Position numbers and translations under genes: made by a program. Below the pieces are notes generated by a model. The model saw only the letters and a list, made by a program, of their open reading frames with translations, was not told the DNA's origin and searched no databases. A stretch of 63,833 bases of DNA, counting the filler, from a bacterium (GTDB lineage: Bacteria; UBP18; UBA7526): assembly GCA_030615855.1 (NCBI GenBank). It is 5 parts of 5 records of this genome, joined end to end, with 100 filler letters (N's around TTAATTAATTAA, not from the genome) between each part and the next. Parts side by side here need not be neighbours in the genome. Positions count along the whole stretch, not along the records: positions 26,207 to 38,066 come from JAUWYL010000002.1; positions 38,167 to 54,771 come from JAUWYL010000023.1; 3 more parts are not named here. One strand, 5' to 3'. This document shows, piece by piece, positions 28,880 to 38,395 of this stretch; position 1 is the first letter of the stretch, and every line of letters begins with the position of its first letter.

Positions 28880-29638
28880 TTAGAAAGTCCTCTCTACTGC
28901 AGTTAATAACTCCCGAGCCTCTGCTTCTCGCCAATCTTCAGGAAGAAATCTTTGAGGTAATTTAGGGTCAGAGTATAAAATTTTCCTAAATTCTATTCTG
29001 GCGAGGTGCTTAAAGGCATTATTGATCGCTGGCTTCTTCAGACGCTTGTTCTTTAATATCTTTCTTATTCTCTCTTCCCATTTAATAATGAACTCTTCAT
29101 ACTCTTTATTCACACTATCTAATTGGGGCCAGGTCTTATAAATTAGTTCGTGTAATCTCTTATCTTCCTTCAGATACCCTTCAAAGGTCCAGATATATTC
29201 TCGATACTTCTGGAAGGCAAGTAATTTTTCTACTTTTTCCAAAACATTATGAGGCGAAATCCAAACGCTGCGATGCATCCTTCCAAATCCTAATTTTTTA
29301 AGTTCTTGACGCAGTTCTCTACGCGCTTTATGTTCTTCCTCTGGAATATCAAAAGAAACCAGACGCCACTTACCATCCCATCTCTTTTCTTTCTCTGGGA
29401 CAATAAGAGATAGAGTTTCCAACAATTCTTTTCCTTTCCTGCTTAGTAGAAAAGTAATTCCTTTCTTTTTATTCCCTCTCTTTATATAGCCTTCCTTCTG
29501 TATCCGGCTTAAAGTAGCACGGGCACTGGAAATAGCAAGAACTTCTGTTAGATACTTCCAGATAGCACGGTGAGGAGTAAATAAAAATTCACCAATGCTA
29601 TCTATGAGAATTAACAGTTCGTCTCTTTGAGAAAGCAT
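28880..29638 (-). CDS. PaaX-family regulator (wHTH, Cas2-like central domain, PaaX C-terminal domain)
   Basis: RATLSRIQKEG wHTH, WDGKWRLVSFDIPE..LR..LGFG..SVWISP, DPKLP..FLPEDW. Confidence 0.88.
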   Translation of the reverse strand: MLSQRDELLILIDSIGEFLFTPHRAIWKYLTEVLAISSARATLSRIQKEGYIKRGNKKKGITFLLSRKGKELLETLSLIVPEKEKRWDGKWRLVSFDIPEEEHKARRELRQELKKLGFGRMHRSVWISPHNVLEKVEKLLAFQKYREYIWTFEGYLKEDKRLHELIYKTWPQLDSVNKEYEEFIIKWEERIRKILKNKRLKKPAINNAFKHLARIEFRKILYSDPKLPQRFLPEDWREAEARELLTAVERTF

Positions 29639-29666
29639 ATCTCCACCTCCTTAATAAAGAAGATAA

Positions 29667-29706
29667 ATGTTGCAATTTGTGTCCGATCGGATAATAAGTG
29701 CAACAA
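29667..29706. repeat. 40-bp composite palindrome, copy 2 (same orientation as copy 1)
   Basis: ATGTTGCA-ATTTG-TGTCCGATCGGATA-ATAAG-TGCAACAA. Confidence 0.92.
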
Positions 29707-29731
29707 AATTAAAATGACGAGTTATTGCTAT

Positions 29732-30208
29732 TTAGTGGTGAAGGAGGGCTAAGATCTTGGCCCAGGTAATGATTCCCTCTATCATCGATACCCAGATGAT
29801 AGTACCGATGAGGTTTCCCAGGGCAAAGAGAAAAAAGCTTTCCTTATATTTCAATTTGAAGATAAGGGTTAAGAATAGGATGTTGAACGGTCGACCTGCG
29901 GTGGGAATGGCGGGCATGAGGAAGAGACTCGCCTTTCCCATGGGTCTTGCCCAACCTATCATTTTTGACCTCGAGATTCTTTCCTGAAGGGATAGTGCCT
30001 TCTCCTTTGCTAAAGAAAGAAACCTCAGACTGAAGGTTCTCTCGTAAGCCCAGTAGAGGATAAGGAGGACTAAGAGGTCCATAAGATAGGCAGAGATGAA
30101 GATGAGATACCCATTGAGATTAAAACCCACAGCATAGGGAACAGAGGCCTTCCTTCCCCAGAGCAGATGTAAGCCGATATATCCTAAGATGATACTAAAT
30201 AATCTCAT
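29732..30208 (-). CDS. Small multi-pass membrane protein, function unknown
   Basis: 158 aa, about 4 hydrophobic segments, overlaps upstream stop (ATGA). Confidence 0.7.
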   Translation of the reverse strand: MRLFSIILGYIGLHLLWGRKASVPYAVGFNLNGYLIFISAYLMDLLVLLILYWAYERTFSLRFLSLAKEKALSLQERISRSKMIGWARPMGKASLFLMPAIPTAGRPFNILFLTLIFKLKYKESFFLFALGNLIGTIIWVSMIEGIITWAKILALLHH

Positions 30209-30828
30209 CTTCTTTGCCTGATAAAGAGAGGCAAAACTTTTACTTTGAAGAGGGGAAATTTCTTTATTGCTGCTAAAGCAGGGAGAATAAAGGTGAGAGC
30301 AAATAGGGCTGAGGGCTCATGGAAAGTGAACTTGGTGAGAAAGGGAAGGATGGTCATACCCACCACCGCCCCTCCAGGGATCGTAGATTTGAACTTAGCA
30401 AAGGCGAATACCTTCCAGAATATCCCAGCAGCTAAAGCACTTATAGGTAGGATGATGAATAACTCACGAGGTAAAAGGCAGAGCAAGACTCCAATACTAC
30501 AGGATAGGCCTGCTCCTCCTCGAAACCGATAATATATCGGCCAGTTATGACCGGCCACGGTTAGGCTTGCTATTAAGACTACTACTTTATAATCGAGGTG
30601 TAATACCTTTAAAGCAATATAGGTAGGAATAATCGCTTTTGTCACATCCAAGATCAATACTAAAGCACCTGCTGGTCGGCTGACCGCTCTATATACTGTC
30701 GCTGCTCCCGCGTTCCCATAATCTTTGACATCGATGCCCTTTAACTTCTTGCCAATCAGATAGGCAAAGGAGATAGAGCCTAGTAAATAAGTTATAATAG
30801 CTAAAGAAACAGTTTCTAAAAGTTTCAT
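30205..30828 (-). CDS. PlsY-like acyl-phosphate acyltransferase paralogue 3
   Basis: YLLGSI, GNAGA, DVTK, GHNWPIYYRFRGGAG. Confidence 0.85.
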   Translation of the reverse strand: MKLLETVSLAIITYLLGSISFAYLIGKKLKGIDVKDYGNAGAATVYRAVSRPAGALVLILDVTKAIIPTYIALKVLHLDYKVVVLIASLTVAGHNWPIYYRFRGGAGLSCSIGVLLCLLPRELFIILPISALAAGIFWKVFAFAKFKSTIPGGAVVGMTILPFLTKFTFHEPSALFALTFILPALAAIKKFPLFKVKVLPLFIRQRR

Positions 30829-31640
30829 CCCTTCTTCCTCCACCATCTCGCCTTGGGAGGCTCAAATAGCTCATCGCTTAAGCCGATATTTATCTTTAAG
30901 TCCTTGAATGTTCTCGACTCGGCAAACCTATCCCCTTCCTCATATATGGCATGCTGGATGGGTAGGAACTTTTCTTTATCTACCCAGAGGATCTCCTTGG
31001 TAATGGGATGTTTTCCCTCTTTTTTCTTGGGAATCATCACCAAGCGATAGCATTCCCTTTCCTCGATTTTCTCTATTCCCATAAGTTCTATCTTTCCCTC
31101 TCTATTGTAATGGTTGGCCCTTCCGATAAGACCTCTTAGGTTGCATTCATCGAGTCTCAAGCCATGTCTCGGTGAGCGGACGATGGCAGAATCTGCATCA
31201 AAGGTAAAGACCGCAAAGGGAACGTATCTATGATGGGTTCCCTTTACCTTTCCATCTCGGAAGACGGCCTCTGCCCCTTCCTCCACCCCCTGAAGACCTA
31301 TGGCATGCATCATATTCGGTCTTTTGAAGGAGAGTCTCAAAACCTTAGGCTTATACATCTTTTTCCCAAACCTTGAGAGCTGGTGAGTAACGCAGATGCA
31401 CTGATAGTCTTCCACCTTCTCATAGGCCTCTTTCATCTTCCTCAGGATGTCCTGGACGGTAATTTCTTCTTTAATTTCAGGCTCTGAAATAACCTCTTTT
31501 ATGGAGACTTCAGGAATGGAGACCTCCGGAGCAAGAACCTCGGGAGGTAATTCCACCCCAATCCTAGGTCTCTGGGAAACGATAAAAGGAATGAGAATAA
31601 GGATAAGTAATAAAAGAAGAAATATCCTAACAACAACCAT
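30825..31640 (-). CDS. Membrane-anchored LolA-fold (lipoprotein-sorting-like) protein
   Basis: N-terminal TM anchor, LSFKRP, LWVDKEKFLPI, FKDLKINIGLSDELF C-terminal signature. Confidence 0.7.
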   Translation of the reverse strand: MVVVRIFLLLLLILILIPFIVSQRPRIGVELPPEVLAPEVSIPEVSIKEVISEPEIKEEITVQDILRKMKEAYEKVEDYQCICVTHQLSRFGKKMYKPKVLRLSFKRPNMMHAIGLQGVEEGAEAVFRDGKVKGTHHRYVPFAVFTFDADSAIVRSPRHGLRLDECNLRGLIGRANHYNREGKIELMGIEKIEERECYRLVMIPKKKEGKHPITKEILWVDKEKFLPIQHAIYEEGDRFAESRTFKDLKINIGLSDELFEPPKARWWRKKG

Positions 31641-31830
31641 TTCTGCTCCTTAAAGATATGATAGCATACCAATCTGAATATTGCAAAAAATTTCTTGTTT
31701 CCAAATTCTTATGTTTTTTGATAAAAGTCGGGCGCGTTTCACTTGCCCCCTCTAATAACAGAAACCCGCCAAAAAGGCGGGCATTTAAAACGAAGAAAAA
31801 AATGAGATAGGTTCACTTCCTTTAAAGCGA

Positions 31831-31870
31831 ATGTTGCACTTATTGTCCGATCGGACACAAGTTGCAACAA
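31831..31870. repeat. 40-bp composite palindrome, copy 3 (inverted relative to copies 1-2)
   Basis: ATGTTGCA-CTTAT-TGTCCGATCGGACA-CAAGT-TGCAACAA; 39/40 to the reverse complement of copy 1. Confidence 0.92.
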
Positions 31871-31883
31871 AACTTCCCAATAT

Positions 31884-32486
31884 CTATCTTCTTTCTGTGA
31901 ATCTCTTTATGGGGGGAATCTGTCTTATGATGACTATTCCAAAGAGAAGAAGGGTGAGAATGAACAATGGATGGGACTCTTTGAATCTCATCCAGGTTAA
32001 AATAGGCATCAGGATATAGCCGATCATTGCTCCATAGGCCACAGTAGCCTTCTTTTTCTTCAAGATAAGCCACAGGCCTAGGCCAACTATCAGAGCAACC
32101 AGGAAAGCGATCCCAAATTCCTTAGGCAATAAGATAAGAAGTGCGCCCATGGTTGTTCCCAGGCCCATTCCTCCTCTAAATTGTAGAAATATCGGCCAGC
32201 TGTGACCAACGGTGACTGCTAAAACGACTAAGATTATCGGGATATACTGCTCTTCAGGGAGGAAGAGTACCTTTGCTATATATACCGGAAGGGCTGCCTT
32301 ACCGATATCCAAGAGGGCAACCAATGCCCCCCATTTAGGACCCAACTGTCTCCAGGCACCGGCTACTCCTGGATTATCATACTTCCTGATGTCGATCTTC
32401 TTTACCGCTCTTCCCAAGATATAGGCCCAGTTTATAGAGCCTAATAAATAGGCAACAATGATCATGAGGATGGTTTCGACAATCAT
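31884..32486 (-). CDS. PlsY-like paralogue 2
   Basis: YLLGSI, DIR..DNPG, DIGK, GHSWPIFLQFRGGMG. Confidence 0.85.
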   Translation of the reverse strand: MIVETILMIIVAYLLGSINWAYILGRAVKKIDIRKYDNPGVAGAWRQLGPKWGALVALLDIGKAALPVYIAKVLFLPEEQYIPIILVVLAVTVGHSWPIFLQFRGGMGLGTTMGALLILLPKEFGIAFLVALIVGLGLWLILKKKKATVAYGAMIGYILMPILTWMRFKESHPLFILTLLLFGIVIIRQIPPIKRFTERR

Positions 32487-32508
32487 TTCTTTTCCTTCCA
32501 CTAAATTT

Positions 32509-33141
32509 TTACTTCTTACTTTCTTTTAGCGATTCCTTAATTATGGGAATAAGTCTTTTGGGGACATTAAGGACTTGTCTTACGGCAGCTAAGAAAAGTA
32601 AGAAGAGACTCAAAACAAATAAGGCTTGCGGTCTATAAAAGATCTTAACCATAAAGGGAAGGAGGAGTAATGCTGCGGCTCCCCCACCTGGGGCGGTGGA
32701 CTTGGCCTTCTTAAAGATGGGTAGTTTCCACATAATGAAGCCGGCCAGAATGCCGAAAGGTAGAACGATGGCCAATGCCTTGGGCATGAGGCAGGCCAAG
32801 ATTCCTACACTACAGGCTAATCCTCCTCCACCTCTGAACTTAAAGAATACGGGCCAGTTGTGGCCTACTATTACTGCTACTGCCACAAAGACCACCGGCC
32901 AATAATTGGGCAAAAAGATCTTTGCAGCGATTAGGGTAGGGATGACTGCCTTGCCCACATCTAAAATACCGACTAAAGTGGCCCATTTCCCTCCCATGGT
33001 GCGGTATATCGTTCCTCCTCCTGGATTCCCATAATCCCGGATATCGATTCCTCTCACTATCTTGGCAATGATATAGGCCCAGAGTAGAGAGCCCAATAGA
33101 TAACTTCCCACAACCATCAGAATAACTTTAGTAGTAAACAT
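32509..33141 (-). CDS. PlsY-like paralogue 1
   Basis: YLLGS, DIRDYGNPG, DVGK, GHNWPVFFKFRGGGG. Confidence 0.85.
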   Translation of the reverse strand: MFTTKVILMVVGSYLLGSLLWAYIIAKIVRGIDIRDYGNPGGGTIYRTMGGKWATLVGILDVGKAVIPTLIAAKIFLPNYWPVVFVAVAVIVGHNWPVFFKFRGGGGLACSVGILACLMPKALAIVLPFGILAGFIMWKLPIFKKAKSTAPGGGAAALLLLPFMVKIFYRPQALFVLSLFLLFLAAVRQVLNVPKRLIPIIKESLKESKK

Positions 33142-33238
33142 TCTCCCTCCTATAAATAGTTAACAAGAGACGTTATGCGTTTATGCGTTGACGCGTTTAC
33201 GCGTTCCGCATTTCGCGTTCCGTATAACGTATCAACTT

Positions 33239-34105
33239 TTATTTGACTAAGTAGTATCCAATCCCCCAGCCACCTGGACCAAGGTGAACGATCTCACATC
33301 CCATCTTTCCAATAATGATTTCTTTACAGTCAATGTTCTTCTCTAAGGCTTCTTTTAGGTCTTTCACTGCCTCTGGATTGTCTGCCACAGCAGCGATCAA
33401 GGCCTTTATCTTCTTGGCACCGGACTTCTCCATATCAGCCTTTATGGTCTCAATCATCTTCTGATTCACCTGTTGGATATTCCTTCCCTTTCCTAATGGT
33501 TCTATGGCCTGTGTCCCATACCTCATAATGAGTATCGGGATGACCTTCATTAAAGAGCCAAGAAGGGCCTTGCCTTTGCCTATTCTTCCTCCCTTATGGA
33601 GATACTCCAAATCGGGGAGGGCTAAGATAAGGGTACTTTTAGAAGCAACATCTTGGGCGATCTTGGCCACCTCATCCTTGTTCTTTCCTTCCTTGGCTGC
33701 CCGGGCAGCCTCCAAGATCACTAACCCTATGGGATGGGCAGTGAGCATGCTATTGACCACAGCCACATCTGCTCCTTCTACCTTATTTATTGCCTCCTTT
33801 GCGGCATCAAGAGTTGGTTGGCTAAATATTCCTCCTGCCATGGTGATGTTCACAATGGACTTCCCTTCTGCTGTCGATTTTCGATAGACTTCAGCAAACC
33901 TCTCGACGTTTATTGCTGCTGTCTTGGGAAAACTCTTCGATGCCTTCACCTTTGCCAAGAAATCCTCGGGACTAATGGTCTCCCTGACCCGATACTCTTT
34001 CCCCTCTAAAGTAACTGGAAAGTGAAGCACGTTTATTTCATACTCCTTCCATAGATTATCAGGCAATCCCTGATTACAACCAGTAACAATCGCTACTTTC
34101 TTCAT
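33239..34105 (-). CDS. DegV/FakB fatty-acid-binding protein
   Basis: FPKTAA, LEYLHKGGRIG, HLGPG. Confidence 0.9.
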   Translation of the reverse strand: MKKVAIVTGCNQGLPDNLWKEYEINVLHFPVTLEGKEYRVRETISPEDFLAKVKASKSFPKTAAINVERFAEVYRKSTAEGKSIVNITMAGGIFSQPTLDAAKEAINKVEGADVAVVNSMLTAHPIGLVILEAARAAKEGKNKDEVAKIAQDVASKSTLILALPDLEYLHKGGRIGKGKALLGSLMKVIPILIMRYGTQAIEPLGKGRNIQQVNQKMIETIKADMEKSGAKKIKALIAAVADNPEAVKDLKEALEKNIDCKEIIIGKMGCEIVHLGPGGWGIGYYLVK

Positions 34106-34170
34106 CTTTTTTACCTCCTTTTAATTTTTACTTTTTCATTTTTAATTTTAATTTCTTCGCTCACCCCCTT

Positions 34171-34482
34171 CTATCCTACAAAAGCATATGCTCCAGTGGC
34201 TAAGCCGAGCATCCCGCCTTCAAAGTAGGCCACTCTCAAAGTCTCTGCCAATTCTTCCTTTGTTGCTCCAGATTCTCTTGCCATACGAGATAAATGAGAG
34301 ACAGCACCTGATTGGCCCCTTACTGCATTTATTGCTAAGGCAATCAAGACCTTATACTTTGTATCCAGAGCCCCCTTCTCAAAGACCTTATCCATATCCT
34401 GCATTACAAGTTTAAAGAACTCCGGGTCCTTCTCCTTTATCACCTTAAAATTCTCTGGAATCTTCTTCATAAACTTGGCCAT
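34171..34482 (-). CDS. Carboxymuconolactone decarboxylase/AhpD-like protein without CxxC
   Basis: GALDTKYKVLIALA..H...A.ESGATKEEL. Confidence 0.82.
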   Translation of the reverse strand: MAKFMKKIPENFKVIKEKDPEFFKLVMQDMDKVFEKGALDTKYKVLIALAINAVRGQSGAVSHLSRMARESGATKEELAETLRVAYFEGGMLGLATGAYAFVG

Positions 34483-34531
34483 AAAACCCCCTTCTGATTT
34501 TACTTTCTTACTATCCTACTTTTCTACTTTC

Positions 34532-35383
34532 CTACTTTATCAAATAGGCTATCCCCCAGGACTGGGGCCCGGTATGGACTATACCACAGCAGCCGGTCTC
34601 CCTTAAGGTTATTTCTTCGGGATGGAATCTCTCTTCAACCATTCTCTTCAGTTCCCCTGCTGCCTCTTCATTATCGGCATGCTCTATGATACATTTTATT
34701 CCCTTTGCTCCTCTACTTTCCATATCAGATTTAATGGTTCCAACCATCTTCTCATTTGCCTGGGTGGGACTCCTTCCCTTTCCTACCGGGGTTATTACAT
34801 TCTTTGCGGCGATGATGGGAATGACCTTCATCAAAGAGCCCATCAAGACCTTAGCCTTCCCAATCCTTCCCCCACGGTAAAGATACTCCAGGTCAGGAAG
34901 GGCGCGGAGCAGGTTAGTATTCTCTCTGGCCTTTCGGGCAACTTTCAAGACCTCCTCTTTCGATTTCCCCTTTCTTATTGCCCGGGCTGCCTCTAAGATG
35001 ACCAATTGTATTCCACCTATAATCTGTTCGGTATCAAATATTTCGACCTCTACTTCAGAGACCATTTCCTTTGCTTTCTGGGCAGAATCATGGGTGGCGA
35101 TGGACAAACCAGAGGACATATGCATGGAAAGCACCGCCTTCCCTTCCTTCATAAAGGCCTCATAGGCCTCTGCTAATTCACCAATGGGAAGAGCAGCCGT
35201 CTTGGGAAACTCCTTTGATTTCTTCACTTTCTCCAGAAACTCTTTTGGCTGGATATCCATCCCATCCCGCAAGGCCTCACGACCTAATATTATGGGAAAA
35301 GGAATGACCCTTATTCCATACTCTTTAATCAAAGGAGAGGGAATACCAGCAACGCTTCCCGTAACAATACCTATTTTTGTCAT
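34532..35383 (-). CDS. DegV/FakB fatty-acid-binding protein
   Basis: FPKTAA, MSSGLS, LEYLYRGGRIG, HTGP. Confidence 0.92.
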   Translation of the reverse strand: MTKIGIVTGSVAGIPSPLIKEYGIRVIPFPIILGREALRDGMDIQPKEFLEKVKKSKEFPKTAALPIGELAEAYEAFMKEGKAVLSMHMSSGLSIATHDSAQKAKEMVSEVEVEIFDTEQIIGGIQLVILEAARAIRKGKSKEEVLKVARKARENTNLLRALPDLEYLYRGGRIGKAKVLMGSLMKVIPIIAAKNVITPVGKGRSPTQANEKMVGTIKSDMESRGAKGIKCIIEHADNEEAAGELKRMVEERFHPEEITLRETGCCGIVHTGPQSWGIAYLIK

Positions 35384-35407
35384 TGCAATTTTTACTTTTC
35401 TACTTTC

Positions 35408-37264
35408 CTACTCTACTGATATGATATAATAGTAATGCGGCTGTCCTCCGAAGTAAAGCTGGACCTCGAGGTTAGGATACTTTTCTTTTACCTGGTTCAG
35501 TAATTTATTGGCTTTTCTTTTTCTCGCTCCTTTACCATAGTAGAGGGTGACGATACTATCGCCTTCAGCTACCATCTCCTTTATTAAATCCAGAGCCACT
35601 CTCTGAGGCTTCCTTCCCTTTACTTTTATCTCTTTATGATAAAGACCGATGACCTCCCCCTTTCTAATCTTAAGTTCCTTATACTTAGCAATCCTGGCTG
35701 CCTTTGCTACCTGACCAGTCTTTATTCTTCCTAAGGCCTGACTCATAGATTCCTTATTCTCTTCTATGCTTCCCTCTGGATTATAATCCATCAGAGCCGC
35801 CAGTCCCTGAGGAATGCTCTTCGCAGGAATTACTTCTACCCTCTTCTTGCTCAACTCCTTGGCTTTCTCTGCTGCCGGAATGATATCCCCATCATTGGGT
35901 AAGAGGATAACGTTCTTTGCTTCCATTTTCTCTATGGCCTTACTTATATCCTCTACAGAGGGCTTCAATTTTTTTGGCCCTCCCAGTATCTCATCCACAC
36001 CCATGCTTTTCAGAATTTTACTTAAGCCTTCTCCCGTAGATACCGCAACGATTCCTAATTCTTTAACCTTTACTGCTTCTCCAACCTCCTTCTCCATCAA
36101 GAGGGTCTGGTGCTGCTTATCCATATCGTCTATCTTTACCTTATCTACCTCCCCTAAAGTAGCAGCATATGCCTTTACCTTATCCGGCTCATTGGTATGG
36201 ATGTGGCACTTTGCCAATTCCGAAGAACCAACCACAATGGCACAGTCCCCATGCCTTGCCAATTCATTCTCAATCTCTTTCAAGACTAAATCCTTCCCCT
36301 TGATCAGAAATTCTGTACAGTACTTATACTTTAGTTCCCTTTCCCAAGTGTCAACCGCTCTCTGGGCAGTGCTTCTCACCGCCTTAATATCTAAGAGACC
36401 TCTCTTCTGAATGATCCCCAGGACCTTCTCCCAGGTTCCCACTACCCTCCTTATGCCCGTGGCATTTTTGAGTTTCTGTAAGGGGAGGCGGGAGAGTTTC
36501 TCCTTTGCTGCTTGGATGGTCTTGGCAGCAATGGTCTCAACCTCCTTGATGTCCTTCAGTTCCCCTCCCCGAATGCCAACCAGGATGCTTCGCCAAGTGT
36601 TAATGGTTTTTGCAACCGTAACCTCGACCTTTGAAATTTCCTCCAATGGCTTGCCCTCTATGAGCCTTAAAACGCCTTCTAAGATATAGACAAAGCCCGC
36701 TCCCCCAGCATCAACTACTCCGGCATCCTTCAGCACAGGAAGCATCTCTGGTGTCTTCTCTAAAACTTCTTGCGCTTCTTTATGGGTCTCTCTCAATATT
36801 TTAGCGATATCGCTTTCTTCTTTCGCAATTTCAAGGGCTCTCCTTGCTGATTCCTTGGCTACCGTGAGCATAGTTCCTTCCACTGGTTCCCTCACTCCAC
36901 CATAGGCAGCCTCTGCTCCTTTAAAAAATGCCTGGGCCAATTCTTTAGCCTCTACCCTCTTCTTTCCCTCAAGACCCTTTGCCAATCCCACCAGGAATTG
37001 GGAGAGAATTACTCCCGAACAACCCCTTGAAGCCATGACACTACTTGTGCCCACTTCTTTAGCAATAGAGGATAGGTCTCTATCCTTAAGTTCCTTCATT
37101 GCTTCCACCGCTGCCTTCAGAGTCAAGGACATATTAAACCCCGTGTCCCCATCTGGAACGGGAAAGACATTCAGGTTATTGACCACCTCCATCTTAGAGG
37201 CCAGCCAATCATTAGAAGCAGATAAAGCCTTAATCAACCTTCTTCCGTTACAGTGCTTAATCAT
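35408..37264 (-). CDS. DAK2-domain fatty acid kinase FakA-like protein
   Basis: NVFPVPDGDTG, EGTMLTV, VVDAGG, YCTEF, HIHT, LPN, GGQPHY. Confidence 0.93.
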   Translation of the reverse strand: MIKHCNGRRLIKALSASNDWLASKMEVVNNLNVFPVPDGDTGFNMSLTLKAAVEAMKELKDRDLSSIAKEVGTSSVMASRGCSGVILSQFLVGLAKGLEGKKRVEAKELAQAFFKGAEAAYGGVREPVEGTMLTVAKESARRALEIAKEESDIAKILRETHKEAQEVLEKTPEMLPVLKDAGVVDAGGAGFVYILEGVLRLIEGKPLEEISKVEVTVAKTINTWRSILVGIRGGELKDIKEVETIAAKTIQAAKEKLSRLPLQKLKNATGIRRVVGTWEKVLGIIQKRGLLDIKAVRSTAQRAVDTWERELKYKYCTEFLIKGKDLVLKEIENELARHGDCAIVVGSSELAKCHIHTNEPDKVKAYAATLGEVDKVKIDDMDKQHQTLLMEKEVGEAVKVKELGIVAVSTGEGLSKILKSMGVDEILGGPKKLKPSVEDISKAIEKMEAKNVILLPNDGDIIPAAEKAKELSKKRVEVIPAKSIPQGLAALMDYNPEGSIEENKESMSQALGRIKTGQVAKAARIAKYKELKIRKGEVIGLYHKEIKVKGRKPQRVALDLIKEMVAEGDSIVTLYYGKGARKRKANKLLNQVKEKYPNLEVQLYFGGQPHYYYIISVE

Positions 37265-37467
37265 CCTTTACTCCGTTCTAAGCACAGATATTCACAGATT
37301 ATTTACAGATTAGCACAGATCACAGATACTGAATGCTGGATCATCGATGGACGTAACCGTTTAACGATAACCGAAACGAGCTGCGCAACCGCAACCGATT
37401 ACCGATAACCGATCACTAATCACTTTCTCACTTTCCTATTATCTTACTCTCTTACCTTCCTACTTTC

Positions 37468-38066
37468 CTAAGGTGCTTGATCCATCCATCTCCTGAAGAT
37501 CCAGAAGAAATCCTCGGGATACCTTAAGATGGCGTTCTCTATTATTTTGGTCAACTTCTGGACATTGATTAAGAGGTCCTTCTTTTTATCTCCGGTCTTC
37601 TCCAGTTCTACCTCAGGCTCGATGACTATCTTATGTGTATTATCTCTCTGGCGGACGATGAACATGGGAACGATGGCCGCTCCGGTTCTCCTGGCTAATA
37701 CAATAGGCCCAGGCATGGTAGCTGCTGGATGGCCAAAGAAATCGACCACTACTCCACCTTTAACTGGGATTCTATCGAACTGTAAGAATAGTATACTATT
37801 CTTTCTTAACCAATCGATACATCTATGGGTGCAGGCATGGGGAGGGAAGGCGGGGATGGTATAGGCACCCATCCTTCTTCTCATATCTGCCAATAACCTG
37901 GCTACCCTATCACCTAAGATATCACGGGCAATATAACCAAAGGAATAACCTTCCCGGTTCATCTTAATAGATATCATCATGAAGTTTCCGATGTGAGCAG
38001 AGAGGCCGATTATTCCTTTACCTTTTGCTAAGGCTCTATCCAGGTTCTCTTTCCCTTCTATTTTAA
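37468..38066 (-). CDS. LpxL/lysophospholipid acyltransferase-family protein, 5'-truncated
   Basis: Frame open to the gap: IEGKENL..KGII.LSAHIGNF; VDFFGHPA, GAAIVP, PEDFFWIFRRW. Confidence 0.85.
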
Positions 38067-38166
38067 NNNNNNNNNNNNNNNNNNNNNNNNNNNNNNNNNN
38101 NNNNNNNNNNTTAATTAATTAANNNNNNNNNNNNNNNNNNNNNNNNNNNNNNNNNNNNNNNNNNNN
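38067..38166. other. Contig linker
   Basis: N44-TTAATTAATTAA-N44. Confidence 0.97.
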
Positions 38167-38326
38167 ATAGAGCCACCTTCTTCTTTGCTTTAGCAAGATA
38201 ATAGGCAGCGCAGAGGCCCGCCGGTCCACCGCCGGCGATGGCCACATCAGAGGATAAATAATCCAGGAACTTCTTGGTAAAACTCTCTATGATGGCCTCG
38301 GTTATGATGATCTCATCCAGTTTCAT
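38167..38326 (-). CDS. Thi4-type (ADP-thiazole synthase) N-terminal fragment
   Basis: LDEIIITEAII..DVAIAGGGPAGL; runs into the gap. Confidence 0.75.
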
Positions 38327-38395
38327 CCTTTCCCCTCCTCTAAAAATGATTACAGTGATTATTAAATGATTATGGCAATAAAATCACCAATGGGA

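Noticed and set aside
28829-31870. CRISPR array or cas2 call for the PaaX-like gene and its palindromes
   Set aside because: Repeats are separated by whole genes, one is inverted, there are no regular spacers or other cas genes, and the protein has full PaaX architecture.
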